The notes: a model not told the origin generated them from the letters alone. 64,000 nucleotides of DNA from an uncultured delta proteobacterium (GCA_963815115.1 CAWFFN010000005.1:800001-864000), one strand, 5' to 3'. Numbered from the stretch's first letter, positions 42,628 to 52,957 are shown. Numbers and translations: made by a program.

Positions 42628-42807
42628 CTCCTACGTTCCCAGCGAGCCTACGACGGTAGCGTGGCCGGCAGCGAACGGAATCGGGTGTCGCGTGGCGACG
42701 GGCCAGGACTCCGCCGGTCTTCACCGTATGCCGAGCGCGCGACCAGACCCGAGCAGTCGTCGCTCGTTACCTCGGTACTAGCTTGACAGTCGGAGCGAGG
42801 TCACGTT

Positions 42808-42998
42808 AAGTGCGCACCGACACAGTCGGGTACGGGAAGGGGGTGCAAGGCCCCCGCTGCCCCGCAGCTGTAAGGGGTGACGATTCCGGTCACAACCACT
42901 GCCCCGCCAGGGGTGGGAAGGAACCGGAAGAGGACGAGCCCCGAGCCAGAAAACCTGCCCGACTGAGCCAGCAAGGAAGGCCTTCCGAGGGGAAGGAG
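42808..42998 (+). ncRNA. cobalamin riboswitch, second copy
   Basis: GGGAAggGGTG..CTGCCCCGCAGCTGTAA..CCACTG..GGGAAGG..AGCCAGAAAACC; TTGACA at 42783; same CCTTCC-GAGG-GGAAGG hairpin. Confidence 0.9.
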
Positions 42999-43074
42999 CT
43001 GGGTCGTCGGGTTCCACACCGGTCGTGTGACCGGCGGGCACCGGCGCTCGTCTCCCCGGCAGGCGAGAAGACGC

Positions 43075-44577
43075 TTGAAGTCGCGACGCATCGCCTCCGC
43101 CCTCGCCATCGTCCTCGCGCTCGCGAGCGCGGGAGATCCATGCATCGCGCGGGCTGCCGAGGAGTGTCTTTCGGCCTGGCGGGTCGGCGCGCTTCCCGAC
43201 GCGCTCGGCAGTCGCAGGATCACGTGCCGCGACGGCGACCCTGCCTGCGACGACGACGGTGCGGCCGACGGCGTCTGCACGGTGTCCGCGACCCTCTGCC
43301 TGGACGTCGGCGGGTGCGCGGCGGCGCCGATCCAGGTTCACGTCGACGGCAGCGACACCCGCGTCGCCGGGGAGCTTGCGGCGGCGCTGAGCAGCCCCGT
43401 GGCGGTCGCCGACACGTGCGCCGGTCCACTCCCGGTACGCGTCGCGCTCGACGGCCACGCCCGGCGCGCCGCGACGCTGCGCGTGGAGGCGACGGAGGCG
43501 TCGGGAGGACGCGACGTCGATCGCCTCGCCGTGACCTGCCGCCGTGCGGGCGGCGCACGTGCGGTGGTGGCGACCACCGATTTCGAGACGGGACGTCTGG
43601 CGACGCTGGCACTGCGCACACCCCGGCGCGTGCAGTATCCCGACAGCGCGATCCACGACGACGCCGTGATCCGGACGAGTGGGGGCCGGCTGTTCGTCGT
43701 CAATCGGTTCCTGGGCGACAACATCCAGCTGCTCGACCCGCATCACGGCTTCCGCACGCAGTTCCAGTGCTCCACCGGACCCGGATCCAATCCGAACGAC
43801 ATCGTCGTCACCGCGCCCGACAAGGCGTACGTGACCCGCTACGGACGTCCCGAGCTCTGGATCGTCGATCCGGGAGCGTCCGCGTCCTGCGACGGGTTCC
43901 ATCGCGGCACGATCGATCTCGGCTCCTTCGCCGACGGCGACGGGCTCCCGGAGATGAGCCAGACGGCAGTGGTCGGAGGGCGTCTCTTCGTGAGCGTGCA
44001 GCGGCTCGACCGGCGAAAGGGGTTCACCCCCACGGGATCGAGCCAGCTGGTCGTGATCGACGTCGCGACCGACACGGTGATCACGGGCATCGAGCTGCAC
44101 GGGGCCAATGCCTTCGGCGACGCCAGCGGCATCGCGCGCGAGCCCGAGACGGGCCGCCTCGTGCTCGCCACGCCGGGCGACATCTACCGCATCGGAGACG
44201 GCGGCCTCGAGCGCGTCGATCCGGAGACGCTGGTTGCGGAGGGTCGCTTCTTCGTCACCGAGGACGCGCTCGGCGGCAACATCCTCGACTTCGTCCTGGT
44301 GTCGGCCACCAAGGGCTACGCCATCACCCAGGACGCCGCGCTGCACAATCACCTGATCTCGTTCGATCCCAGCAGCGGCACCCTGCTGCGCGATCTGCTC
44401 ACCCGCGACGCCTACCTGCCCGACATCATCATCGGTCCCGACGGACTCCTGTGGCTCGCCGACCAGAGCCTGCCCACTCCCGGACTGCGCCGTTTCGAAC
44501 CGGCCACCGACCGGGAGCTGACCCCGCGACTCATCGGCGTCGGGCTGCCGCCCTTCTCCATCGGATTCGCGCCATGA
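43075..44577 (+). CDS. secreted protein: Cys-rich N-domain plus YncE-like beta-propeller (BtuG-like)
   Basis: [40 protein letters not shown]; first gene after the riboswitch; TTG start inferred. Confidence 0.72.
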   Translation: MKSRRIASALAIVLALASAGDPCIARAAEECLSAWRVGALPDALGSRRITCRDGDPACDDDGAADGVCTVSATLCLDVGGCAAAPIQVHVDGSDTRVAGELAAALSSPVAVADTCAGPLPVRVALDGHARRAATLRVEATEASGGRDVDRLAVTCRRAGGARAVVATTDFETGRLATLALRTPRRVQYPDSAIHDDAVIRTSGGRLFVVNRFLGDNIQLLDPHHGFRTQFQCSTGPGSNPNDIVVTAPDKAYVTRYGRPELWIVDPGASASCDGFHRGTIDLGSFADGDGLPEMSQTAVVGGRLFVSVQRLDRRKGFTPTGSSQLVVIDVATDTVITGIELHGANAFGDASGIAREPETGRLVLATPGDIYRIGDGGLERVDPETLVAEGRFFVTEDALGGNILDFVLVSATKGYAITQDAALHNHLISFDPSSGTLLRDLLTRDAYLPDIIIGPDGLLWLADQSLPTPGLRRFEPATDRELTPRLIGVGLPPFSIGFAP

Positions 44578-46076
44578 AGACGCTCTCGCTGGTCGCGCTG
44601 CTTCTCGCGCTGGCTCTTCCGGTACCGGGGCGGGCGGATCCGTTCCTCGATCGCGTCGTCCAGGTGACGATCGGCACGGGCGGCGGGGCCGGCGATCAGG
44701 CGAACGTGCTCGGCCCCCCGCGCGGCAGCGGCGCCTTCGAGGGCTCCAGCGATACCCTCTCGCTCGGACTGGGCGGGCAGATCGTCGTCGAGTTCACCGA
44801 CAATGCCGTGGTCGACCGGCCCGGAGCCGATCTCACCGTCTTCGAGAATGCCTTCCTGGTGAGCGGGCTCACGACGCTCCCGCCCTACGCCGAGCCGGGC
44901 ACGGTCTCGGTGAGCGCCGACGGCGTTCACTGGCGCACGTTTCCGTGCGCCGTCGACGAGGCGCCCTACTATCCCGGGTGCGCCGGTGTCTATCCCGTGT
45001 TCGCCAACGCGACGGATCCGTCGAGCCCCTCACCGGTGGTGCCGAGCACGGTGCCGATCGCCGACCTGGTGGGCATTCCGATCGACCAGTTCGCGCCGCC
45101 GCCGGGCTCGGGAGGCGACTCCTTCGACCTCGCGGCGGTCGGGCTCGCCGCGATCCGCTTCGTGCGCATCGATGCGAGCCAGATCGATCGCCGGCTGGCC
45201 GGCCTGTCGGGGTTCGACCTCGACGCGATGGCGGGCGTGCACTCGATCGAGACCGCCGGCGCTCCGGACAGCGACGGCGACGGCATGCCCGACCCGGCCG
45301 ACGACTGCCCGGGAATCGCCGACCCGGACCAGGCGGATGGCGACGGCGACGGCGTCGGCGACGCCTGCGATCGCTGCCTCACGGTCGCGAACCCGGATCA
45401 GCGCGATCGCGACCGCGACGGGGTCGGGGACGCGTGCGACAACTGTCCCGGTACGCCCAATCCGGACCAGCGCGACAGCGACGGCGACGGGATCGGCGAC
45501 GCCTGTGCGCCTGGCCCCCAGCCGTCGCCCGATACCGACGGCGACGGCGTGCCCGACGCGGTCGACGTCTGTCCGACGGTGCCCGATCCCTCGCAGGCGG
45601 ACGCCGACGGGGACGGCGTCGGTGACGCGTGCGACCGGTGCCCGCTGAATCCCGATCCCGGGCAGGGCGATCGCGACGGCGACGGGACGGGCGACGCGTG
45701 CGATCCGTGCCCCGCAGACGCGGCGTGCGGCCCGATGGTCGCGCCGGCGTTCATGGGAAAGGGGAAGCGCGGATCCGTCGAGACGCTGCTCGGCTACGCC
45801 GAGCCCGGCCAGCCGAAGGTGCGCGTCGCGCCCGGCACCACGCAGGCGGTTCTGATGGTCATCGTTTCACCGGAGGTGGCTCCCGGGAGCGTGCGGGTCC
45901 GGATCAAGCGACGCGACGTGACCGCCACGCTGCCTCCCTTCGTGCCGGGGTCGACACGAACGCTGCGGCTGCCGCTGACGGGACGTCGCCTCACCGTCGA
46001 GCTGAGCGCGGAGCCGGTAGGCCAGGGCGGCAAGCGCCGCGTGGACCGCGACCGTTTCACCTGGACGGTCCGCTGA
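44574..46076 (+). CDS. cell-surface protein: BtuH-like domain plus thrombospondin type-3 repeats
   Basis: Signal peptide; LSLGLGG.I..F..N..G.DL.VFENAF, EPG.VSVS.DG, GGDSFDL..RFVRID..GFDLDA; ATGA-coupled. Confidence 0.72.
   Translation: MKTLSLVALLLALALPVPGRADPFLDRVVQVTIGTGGGAGDQANVLGPPRGSGAFEGSSDTLSLGLGGQIVVEFTDNAVVDRPGADLTVFENAFLVSGLTTLPPYAEPGTVSVSADGVHWRTFPCAVDEAPYYPGCAGVYPVFANATDPSSPSPVVPSTVPIADLVGIPIDQFAPPPGSGGDSFDLAAVGLAAIRFVRIDASQIDRRLAGLSGFDLDAMAGVHSIETAGAPDSDGDGMPDPADDCPGIADPDQADGDGDGVGDACDRCLTVANPDQRDRDRDGVGDACDNCPGTPNPDQRDSDGDGIGDACAPGPQPSPDTDGDGVPDAVDVCPTVPDPSQADADGDGVGDACDRCPLNPDPGQGDRDGDGTGDACDPCPADAACGPMVAPAFMGKGKRGSVETLLGYAEPGQPKVRVAPGTTQAVLMVIVSPEVAPGSVRVRIKRRDVTATLPPFVPGSTRTLRLPLTGRRLTVELSAEPVGQGGKRRVDRDRFTWTVR
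45267..45729 (+). repeat. thrombospondin type-3 (Ca-binding) coding repeats
   Basis: Seven DxDxDG..D units with C-P/N-P-D-Q linkers. Confidence 0.85.
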
Positions 46077-46124
46077 CGCGAACCACCGTCCCCACCATTG
46101 CGAAAGAGAGAGGAGAGGACATCC

Positions 46125-47588
46125 ATGAGGACGTTACGGGTTGCACTGGCTGTGGCTGCACTGTGCGGGGCGGCGCCTCCAGCATGGCGGGCAGAGGCCG
46201 CCGTCACCGCGGCGCCGGGCTACGCCGTGCGCGCGATTCCGACGCCCGGCAAGGTGCAGGGTGGAGTCGTCCGACGAGGTGGCGACATCTTCGTCGGCCA
46301 GGGCCCGACGTTCACGGGCGCCGCACAGAGCGTGATCCGCTTCAGCGAGGGCGGTCCGGCGACCACCGTCGCCAGCGGCTTCAACTCGCTCGGCGGCTTC
46401 GACCTGGCGCCGGACGGCACGCTCTACGTCGTCGACAACGGGCTCGAGGCGAGCGGTGCCACGTCGGGAGACACGCTGTACGCGATCCCGGACGCGCCGA
46501 CTCGGTCGAGTGTGCTGGCCGCCGCTGCGGCCGAGGTGCTTCCTTCCGGAAGCATCGACCTCGCCTCCGACGCGCTCGTGGTTCCCGGAGCAGTGCTGGT
46601 GAGCAACTCCGTCGGCCCGGGCGCTGGTACCGTGGTGCGCGTGGCGGGTGGGATTGCGACCAACCTCATCACCGGCCTCGACTATTCGGCGGGGCTGGCC
46701 GTCGATGGCTCGACGCTGCTGGTCGGCAACCTGGACGGGAGCTTCACCGGTTCGGTCGGGAAGTACGATCTGGCCGGCGTCTCGGGCGGACCGCTCGTCG
46801 GCGGGCTCTCGGGGAGCTACGGCGTGGTCGTCGACGGCGACGGGCTCGTGCTGGTGAGCGGCGGATTCACCGACGATTTCTCGAGCGGCACGGTGATCGC
46901 CGTGGACTCGACGGGCAGCGTCACCGAGCGGGCCCGGGGCTTCGGCTCGTCGGGCGAGATGTACTTCGACCCGGTGCGCAACGAGACGCTCGTCCTCGAC
47001 TTCGAGGCGCTGCAGATCGCGGCCATCTGCCGCGACCGCGATCGGAACACGGTCTGCGATGCGGACCAGGTGTGCACCGGCGGTGGAACCGTCACGAAGG
47101 CGAAGCTGACGGTCGCGGGGCTCGACACGCCTCCGGGCGACGACAAGACGACGGTCAAGGCGCAGGTGAAGCTCCCGGCCCCGTTCGATCCGCCGCTCGA
47201 TCCCGTCGCAAGGGGCGTCCGGGTGTCGATCGCGTGCGCCACGGGCGGGGTGACGGAGACGGCTGTGCCGCCGGGTGCGCTCGACAAGACGACCAAGACC
47301 GGCTGGAAGGTGAACGGCTCGGGCACGTCCTGGACCTTCTCCAGCAAGGCTCCCGTCGGGGCGCTCGGCATCACCAAGGTCTCGGTCAAGGCGGTGCCGA
47401 AGACCCCGGGGCTGCTCAAGGTCTCGGTGACCGGCAAGAACGGCAGCGTGCCGGTGGCCGCCGCGGACCTGCCGCTGGCCGCCTCGATCATCCTCGACCC
47501 GGTGGGTCAGTGCGGGGAGGCGACCTTCACGGACGCCGACCACACCTGCGCCCTGAACAGAAAGCAGAAGAAGGTGACCTGCAAGTAG
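46125..47588 (+). CDS. secreted beta-propeller-like protein with basic C-terminal domain
   Basis: GGAGAGGA RBS, signal peptide, APDGTLYVVD, GLAVDG, GVVVDGDG repeats; Lys-rich tail ending KKVTCK. Confidence 0.7.
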   Translation: MRTLRVALAVAALCGAAPPAWRAEAAVTAAPGYAVRAIPTPGKVQGGVVRRGGDIFVGQGPTFTGAAQSVIRFSEGGPATTVASGFNSLGGFDLAPDGTLYVVDNGLEASGATSGDTLYAIPDAPTRSSVLAAAAAEVLPSGSIDLASDALVVPGAVLVSNSVGPGAGTVVRVAGGIATNLITGLDYSAGLAVDGSTLLVGNLDGSFTGSVGKYDLAGVSGGPLVGGLSGSYGVVVDGDGLVLVSGGFTDDFSSGTVIAVDSTGSVTERARGFGSSGEMYFDPVRNETLVLDFEALQIAAICRDRDRNTVCDADQVCTGGGTVTKAKLTVAGLDTPPGDDKTTVKAQVKLPAPFDPPLDPVARGVRVSIACATGGVTETAVPPGALDKTTKTGWKVNGSGTSWTFSSKAPVGALGITKVSVKAVPKTPGLLKVSVTGKNGSVPVAAADLPLAASIILDPVGQCGEATFTDADHTCALNRKQKKVTCK

Positions 47589-47668
47589 TGCAGGTCATGA
47601 AACAGCGTGGCCCCGGCGGCGTAGCTCCCCAGCGCTGCGCCGTCCGGGGCCGAGGTCGCGCGTCGCGT

Positions 47669-48547
47669 CTAGTACGTCCAGTTGAGGCTCCAGGTCCCGA
47701 CGACCCAGGGGTTGTTGCCCTTGTTGTAGTTCTTGAGGTTCGAGTTGAAGACGTAGACCGCGGCGCCGGCGGCCACGCTCCACGCGCCGTATTCCTCGGG
47801 CACGAAGGCCAGCGGGAGGCTGAGCGTCGCACCGCCCTTGTAGAAGCCGAAACCCTGGTCGTTGCCGCTCGGGCTCTCGAAGTAGTCGCTGACGCTCATG
47901 CCGATCTGCATCGGGAGCGCCAGCGTCACCGGATAGGTGTCGGACGGGAGCACGACCCAGTTCGGGTTGATGTCCACCTCGGCATAGGTGCCCGGCTTGG
48001 TGCCGAGCGCCGTGTTCTGGATCTCCCAGGCCATCAATACGGACGGGTTCAGTGCGAACGGACCGAGCCACTGGGCATCGCTGAGGCTGGCCAGGAGGTC
48101 CATCTCCTGCACCGTTGGGAAGGCGCCGTTCGGGTAGGTGTAGACGTAGTAGAACGGCCTGACCGTCACGGTGTTCCAGAAGCCGAATTGGAGCCCGGCC
48201 CAGACGTCGGCTTCGTACCAGTTGCCGGGTCCATTTCCGGTGGCCAGCGTCTTCTCGCTCTGGATGCTGTTCCAGTTCCCGGCGTAGATGGTGAAGTCGG
48301 TCAGGGCACCGTTCTCGTCCTTGTAGAGATGGTAGTCGACCTCGCCGTGCGGCTGCCAGATGAAGCCGCCCCGCTCCTGGAGGATGCCGCGGAAGAAGTA
48401 GGCGGTCGTGAAGTCCATTCCAGCGTTGAAGTTGACATTGCCCGTATTGACTGCCGCGTGCGTGACTGGCGCTGTCAGCAACACGACTGCCGCGGCGGCG
48501 AGCCCGAGAAGGCCAGCCCGGCCGCGAGGTTTCCCACTGTGCTCCAT
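47669..48547 (-). CDS. outer-membrane beta-barrel, TorF/TIGR02001-like putative porin
   Basis: TTAYFFRG..Q, YEAD...G, YYVYTYP, C-terminal WSLNWTY; GGAGGGAGG RBS. Confidence 0.75.
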   Translation of the reverse strand: MEHSGKPRGRAGLLGLAAAAVVLLTAPVTHAAVNTGNVNFNAGMDFTTAYFFRGILQERGGFIWQPHGEVDYHLYKDENGALTDFTIYAGNWNSIQSEKTLATGNGPGNWYEADVWAGLQFGFWNTVTVRPFYYVYTYPNGAFPTVQEMDLLASLSDAQWLGPFALNPSVLMAWEIQNTALGTKPGTYAEVDINPNWVVLPSDTYPVTLALPMQIGMSVSDYFESPSGNDQGFGFYKGGATLSLPLAFVPEEYGAWSVAAGAAVYVFNSNLKNYNKGNNPWVVGTWSLNWTY

Positions 48548-48615
48548 GAACCCTCCCTCCTCTGCCGTTGAAGAACTCCCCGCCCCACGCGGAATCACGG
48601 TGGCGGGGCGGACAT

Positions 48616-48631
48616 AGCAACCGAAATGCCG
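48616..48631 (-). promoter_or_regulatory. sigma54-type promoter of the porin gene
   Basis: Minus strand CGGCAT-TTCGG-TTGCT. Confidence 0.55.
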
Positions 48632-48726
48632 GACTTCAAACGAGGCGCAGAACGGTGAGGCTCCGGGCCGGAGGTCGAGGAATCGGGAACTTGGGGCTTC
48701 CGCTCCCCGACGATTCGTGGCTGGGG

Positions 48727-49638
48727 GTGCCCGATTGGAAGCGCGCGCTGCCCAGCGAATGGGCAGCGGGCCTGAATGCGCCGGTCGCCGTCGCGCTGCT
48801 CACGGTCGGTCTCGCTCTCGTGGGCGCCCTCGGCGGATGCGGAGGGTCCAGCTCGCCCCCGGTCCCTCGCGAGGCGTCTCGCATCGTCTCGCTCGCGCCG
48901 TCGACCACCGAGATCGTCTTCGGCCTCGGAGCGGGAGATCGGGTCGTGGGGGTCTGCGCCCAGTGCGACTATCCCGACGAAGCCACCCTGCTGCCTCACG
49001 TCGGCGGATACCTCGCCCCGAGCGTCGAGGCCGTCCTCGGCCAGCGACCGGACCTCGTCCTGGTGGTGCCGTCGCCCGGCAATCGCGAGGCCGTGCGGAC
49101 CCTCGAGCGCGCCGGCATCCCGGTGCTCGTGACGGCCGACCGGACGCTGGACGATCTCTGGGGCGCGATCCGGACCGTGTCGGGCGCTCTCGGCCTCCCC
49201 GAGCGCGGGGCCGAGATGGAACGCGACGTGCGCGGCGCGCTCGATCGGGTCAGGGCCCGGGTGGACGGGCTGCCGCCGCGCCGCGTGCTCCTCGTGGTGG
49301 GCCATCGCCCGCTCATCGTGGCCGGCGGCGGGACCCTGCAGGACGAGCTGGTGCGGGCGGCGGGCGGCGTCAACGTGGCGGCGGACGTCGGAGCGGCCTT
49401 CCCGCAGGTGCCACTCGAGCTGGTCGTGGCCCGTGCCCCGGACGTGATCGTGGATGCGGCGATGGGCACGGAAGCAGGCGGACGCGAGCTGTTCGCCGAC
49501 CTGGCAAGCGTGCCGGCGGTGCGCGACGGGCGGATCGTCGCGTTTGCGCCCGACGCGCTCTTCCGGGCGGGACCCCGTGTGGCGGAGGCCGCAGCCGCGC
49601 TCGGCGCCGCCATCCACCCCGAGGCCTTCGGCTCCTGA
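48727..49638 (+). CDS. btuF: cobalamin-binding ABC substrate-binding lipoprotein; start uncertain
   Basis: LGGC lipobox, RIVSLAPSTTEI..CDYP, PDVI, RAGPR. Confidence 0.85.
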   Translation: MPDWKRALPSEWAAGLNAPVAVALLTVGLALVGALGGCGGSSSPPVPREASRIVSLAPSTTEIVFGLGAGDRVVGVCAQCDYPDEATLLPHVGGYLAPSVEAVLGQRPDLVLVVPSPGNREAVRTLERAGIPVLVTADRTLDDLWGAIRTVSGALGLPERGAEMERDVRGALDRVRARVDGLPPRRVLLVVGHRPLIVAGGGTLQDELVRAAGGVNVAADVGAAFPQVPLELVVARAPDVIVDAAMGTEAGGRELFADLASVPAVRDGRIVAFAPDALFRAGPRVAEAAAALGAAIHPEAFGS

Positions 49639-49642
49639 GGCG

Positions 49643-50659
49643 GTGGCGGTGCGGCCCCCGCATCTCACCCGCCGGCGGCTGGCGGTCACCGCGGCCGGGT
49701 TCGGCGCGCTGCTCGTGGCCTCGGTCGTCGCGGCGGCGCTCGTCGGTCCGGTGCACGCCAGCCTGTGGACGGCTCTCGCGCCGGGCGGCGAGCACACGCC
49801 CGATTTCGCCATCCTCTTTCGTGCCCGGTTGCCCCGCGTCCTGCTGGGCGCCGTCGTGGGGGGCGCTCTCGCCTGCTCGGGCGCGGCGCTCCAGGCGCTC
49901 CTCGGCAACCCGCTCGCCGATCCCCACCTGCTCGGCGTTTCCGCAGGGGCCGCGGTCGCCGGAGCGATCGCCCTGGTCGCGGGAGCCGATCCGGTGTCAC
50001 CGCTGGTCCCCCTCGCCGCGTTCGCCGGCGCGCTGGCCACGGTCGCCTCGGTGTTCCTCGTGGCGCGCGCGGCCGGCAAGACGTCGCCCTACGCGATCCT
50101 GCTGGTGGGGGTCGTCTGCAACGCGCTCGGCGCGGCGGCGATCATGCTCGTCAACGCCATCGCGAGCTACACCCAGGCGCAGGGGATCCTCTTCTGGATC
50201 ATGGGCTCGCTGTCCGCACAGAGCTACGGGCTGGTGGCCATCGTCACCCTCTATGCGCTCCTCGGCGCGGCCGTGCTCTTCCGCCACGCCCAGAACCTGA
50301 ACCTCCTCGCGGCGGGCGAGGAGGGTGCGCTCACCCTGGGCGTCGAGGTCGAGGGCGTGCGGCGGGCGGTCTTCCTGGCGGCTTCCCTGCTCGTGGGTGC
50401 CGCCGTGTCGGTGAGCGGAATGATCAACTTCGTGGGGCTCATCGTCCCCCACCTCCTGCGCCTGCTGCTCGGTCCCGACCTCCGCCTCCTGCTGCCCGCC
50501 TCGTTTCTCGGCGGCGCCGCCTTCCTCGTGTGGGCGGATGCCCTCGCGCGCACCGCGTTCGCGCCGAGCGAGCTGCCGGTGGGGGTGGTGACGGCACTGC
50601 TCGGCGGGCCGTTCTTCCTGGTCCTTCTTCGCCGGAGCCTGCGCCGGGGCCAGCCATGA
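49643..50659 (+). CDS. btuC: FecCD/BtuC ABC permease
   Basis: RLPRVLL, Q..LGNPLADP..LGVS.GA, FVGLIVPH, ELPVGVVT. Confidence 0.9.
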   Translation: MAVRPPHLTRRRLAVTAAGFGALLVASVVAAALVGPVHASLWTALAPGGEHTPDFAILFRARLPRVLLGAVVGGALACSGAALQALLGNPLADPHLLGVSAGAAVAGAIALVAGADPVSPLVPLAAFAGALATVASVFLVARAAGKTSPYAILLVGVVCNALGAAAIMLVNAIASYTQAQGILFWIMGSLSAQSYGLVAIVTLYALLGAAVLFRHAQNLNLLAAGEEGALTLGVEVEGVRRAVFLAASLLVGAAVSVSGMINFVGLIVPHLLRLLLGPDLRLLLPASFLGGAAFLVWADALARTAFAPSELPVGVVTALLGGPFFLVLLRRSLRRGQP

Positions 50660-51441
50660 GCCTCCTCGACGCGGAGGGGGTGAGCTTCGCCTACGGTTCC
50701 CGGACCGTGCTCGCCGACGTTCACCTCGCACTCGGACGGGGGGAGATCGTCGGGCTGATCGGGCCCAACGGCTCGGGGAAGTCCACGCTGGTCAGGCTGC
50801 TGGCCGGCCTCGTACGGCCGCGCGCGGGCACCCTCCACCTGGCAGGCCGTCCGATCGCGAGCTGGACGAGGATCGAGGTGGCGCGGCAGGTCGCCCTGGT
50901 CCCGCAGGATCCTCGCGTCGACTTTCCCTACACCGTGCTCGAGGTCGTGCTCATGGGCCGGGCACCGCATCTGTCGCTGCTCGCCCTTCCCGGGCCCGAC
51001 GATCTGAAGATCGCGCGCGCGGCGCTCGGCCGACTCGAGGTGAGCGATCTGGAGGCCCGTCGCATCGACGAGCTGTCGGGCGGCGAGCGCCAGCGGGTCT
51101 TCCTGGCGCGTGCCCTGGCCCAGCAGCCCCAGGTTCTCCTGCTCGACGAGCCCACGACGCACCTCGACCTGCGTCATCAGACGGGTGTGCACGACGTCGC
51201 GCGCAAGCTCTGTCGCGAGCAGGGCCTCGGTGTCCTCTCGGTCCTGCACGACCTCAACCTCGCCGCGGCGTACTGCGACCGGATCGTGCTGCTGGCAGGC
51301 GGCCGGATGGTGCGTGCGGGTCTGCCCGCCGAGGTGCTCGAGCCGGTCACGCTCGAGCGCGTGTTCGGAGCCCGGGTGTGGGTGGGACGGCACGCGCTCA
51401 CGCACGCTCCCGTGGTGCTGCCGGTGCCCGACGACGGCTGA
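50656..51441 (+). CDS. btuD: ABC ATPase, BtuD/FepC type
   Basis: GPNGSGKS, LSGGERQR, LLLDEPT, HDLN. Confidence 0.9.
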   Translation: MSLLDAEGVSFAYGSRTVLADVHLALGRGEIVGLIGPNGSGKSTLVRLLAGLVRPRAGTLHLAGRPIASWTRIEVARQVALVPQDPRVDFPYTVLEVVLMGRAPHLSLLALPGPDDLKIARAALGRLEVSDLEARRIDELSGGERQRVFLARALAQQPQVLLLDEPTTHLDLRHQTGVHDVARKLCREQGLGVLSVLHDLNLAAAYCDRIVLLAGGRMVRAGLPAEVLEPVTLERVFGARVWVGRHALTHAPVVLPVPDDG

Positions 51442-51507
51442 GCCGCGTCGCTCACGTTTGCCCGCTACCGGGCGCCCCTGCTAGGGTCCCGGGTGGGAAC
51501 GGTGTCG

Positions 51508-51936
51508 ATGTACTTCCAGTTCGCGAGCGTCGCGGTGATGTTTCTCCTGGGGCTCGGGCTCTGCGGCATCATGCTCGGGCTCGGGGCGCTGCTCCGGCCG
51601 TCGAACCCGCACCCCGGCAAGCTCAGCACCTACGAGTGCGGCGAGCCCCCGAGCGGACCCGCCTGGATCAACTTCAACATCCGCTTCTACCTGATCGCGC
51701 TCGTCTTCGTGATCTTCGACGTCGAGCTGGCCTTCATCTATCCGGTCGCGGCCGTGTTCCGGGACTGGGTCGTGACGCGCGGGCAGGGCCTCTTCGCCTT
51801 GGCCGAGCTCGCCCTCTTCGTCGGCATCCTCGCCGTGGGTCTCGTGTACGTGTGGGTGAAGGGCGATCTGCAATGGCTGAAGAGGCTTCCGCGAGCGCAG
51901 CGTTCCCCGGCATCCGGGGTGCGCGAGGCAGCATAG
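51508..51936 (+). CDS. nuoA: complex I subunit A (cluster 2)
   Basis: TYECGE, FVIFDVE, KGDLQW. Confidence 0.93.
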   Translation: MYFQFASVAVMFLLGLGLCGIMLGLGALLRPSNPHPGKLSTYECGEPPSGPAWINFNIRFYLIALVFVIFDVELAFIYPVAAVFRDWVVTRGQGLFALAELALFVGILAVGLVYVWVKGDLQWLKRLPRAQRSPASGVREAA

Positions 51937-51948
51937 GGGAGGGAACCG

Positions 51949-52452
51949 GTGTCGCTGATCAACACCGCGCCGGAGATGGCGCTCACCACGCGAATCGACG
52001 ACCTGCTCAACTGGACCCGCAAGTCGTCCGTCTGGTACATGATGTTCGGTCTCGCCTGCTGCGCCATCGAGATGATGCAGACGGGCGGTCCGCGCGCCGA
52101 CCTGGAGCGCTTCGGGATGGCGCCGCGCGCCACGCCGCGCGTCTCGGACGTGATCATCGTCTCGGGGACGCTGACCCTCAAGATGGCGCTGCGCACCAAG
52201 GTACTCTACGACCAGATGCCCGATCCGAAGTACGTCGTGTCGATGGGCAGCTGCGCCAACTGCGGCGGTCTCTTCCAGCTCGCCTACTCGGTGTGTGACG
52301 GCGTCGACAAGGTGATCCCCGTCGACGTCTACGTGCCGGGCTGCCCGCCGCGGCCGGAGGCGCTCACCGAAGGACTCGTCAAGCTGCAGGAGAAGATCCA
52401 GCAGGAGAAGTGGCTGGTGCGGCGCAGCGAGCCTGCCGGGGCGCGAGCCTAG
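51949..52452 (+). CDS. nuoB: complex I subunit B
   Basis: [24 protein letters not shown]. Confidence 0.96.
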   Translation: MSLINTAPEMALTTRIDDLLNWTRKSSVWYMMFGLACCAIEMMQTGGPRADLERFGMAPRATPRVSDVIIVSGTLTLKMALRTKVLYDQMPDPKYVVSMGSCANCGGLFQLAYSVCDGVDKVIPVDVYVPGCPPRPEALTEGLVKLQEKIQQEKWLVRRSEPAGARA

Positions 52453-52453
52453 G

Positions 52454-52957
52454 ATGGCGCTCGATTCCGCCGGCGTGCACGGCCGGCTCCGGGACCGGTT
52501 CGGGGCCGCCATCGGCGACCTCGCCGGCGCGGGGCGGGACGCGAGCTGCGCCGTCGAGCCCGGACGCATCGCCGAGGTGTGTCAGTTCCTCCGGACCGAG
52601 CCGGCGCTGCGCTTCGACTGTCTCTCCAACCTCTCCGGGGTCGATTACCCGAAGCAGAGCGCCATCCAGGTGGTCTACCACCTGTTCTCGTATCCGCTGC
52701 GGCACTGGATCGTCCTCAAGGTGAACGCGTCGCGCGACGATCCCGTCGTGCCCACCGTGTCCGACGTGTGGAGCGCCGCCGACTGGCAGGAGCGCGAGGT
52801 GTTCGACCTGCTCGGCGTCAACTTCACGGGGCATCCCGACCTGCGTCGCATCCTGATGCCGGAGGACTGGCCGGGACATCCGCTGCGCAAGGATTTCGTG
52901 GAGCCGCAGGAATATCACGGCATCTCGACGTCCCGGGAGAGCCTGCTCAGGACCTGA
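52454..52957 (+). CDS. nuoC: complex I subunit C (cluster 2)
   Basis: EREVFDLLG..GHPDLRRIL..GHPLRKD. Confidence 0.94.
   Translation: MALDSAGVHGRLRDRFGAAIGDLAGAGRDASCAVEPGRIAEVCQFLRTEPALRFDCLSNLSGVDYPKQSAIQVVYHLFSYPLRHWIVLKVNASRDDPVVPTVSDVWSAADWQEREVFDLLGVNFTGHPDLRRILMPEDWPGHPLRKDFVEPQEYHGISTSRESLLRT

Noticed and set aside
42810-46076. 1088-aa ORF as one protein
   Set aside because: The first half is Arg-rich off-frame translation across the riboswitch and propeller gene; the real start is ATG 44574
48640-48727. Third cobalamin riboswitch before btuF
   Set aside because: Contains GGGAA and a hairpin but no GCCACTG or B12-box elements
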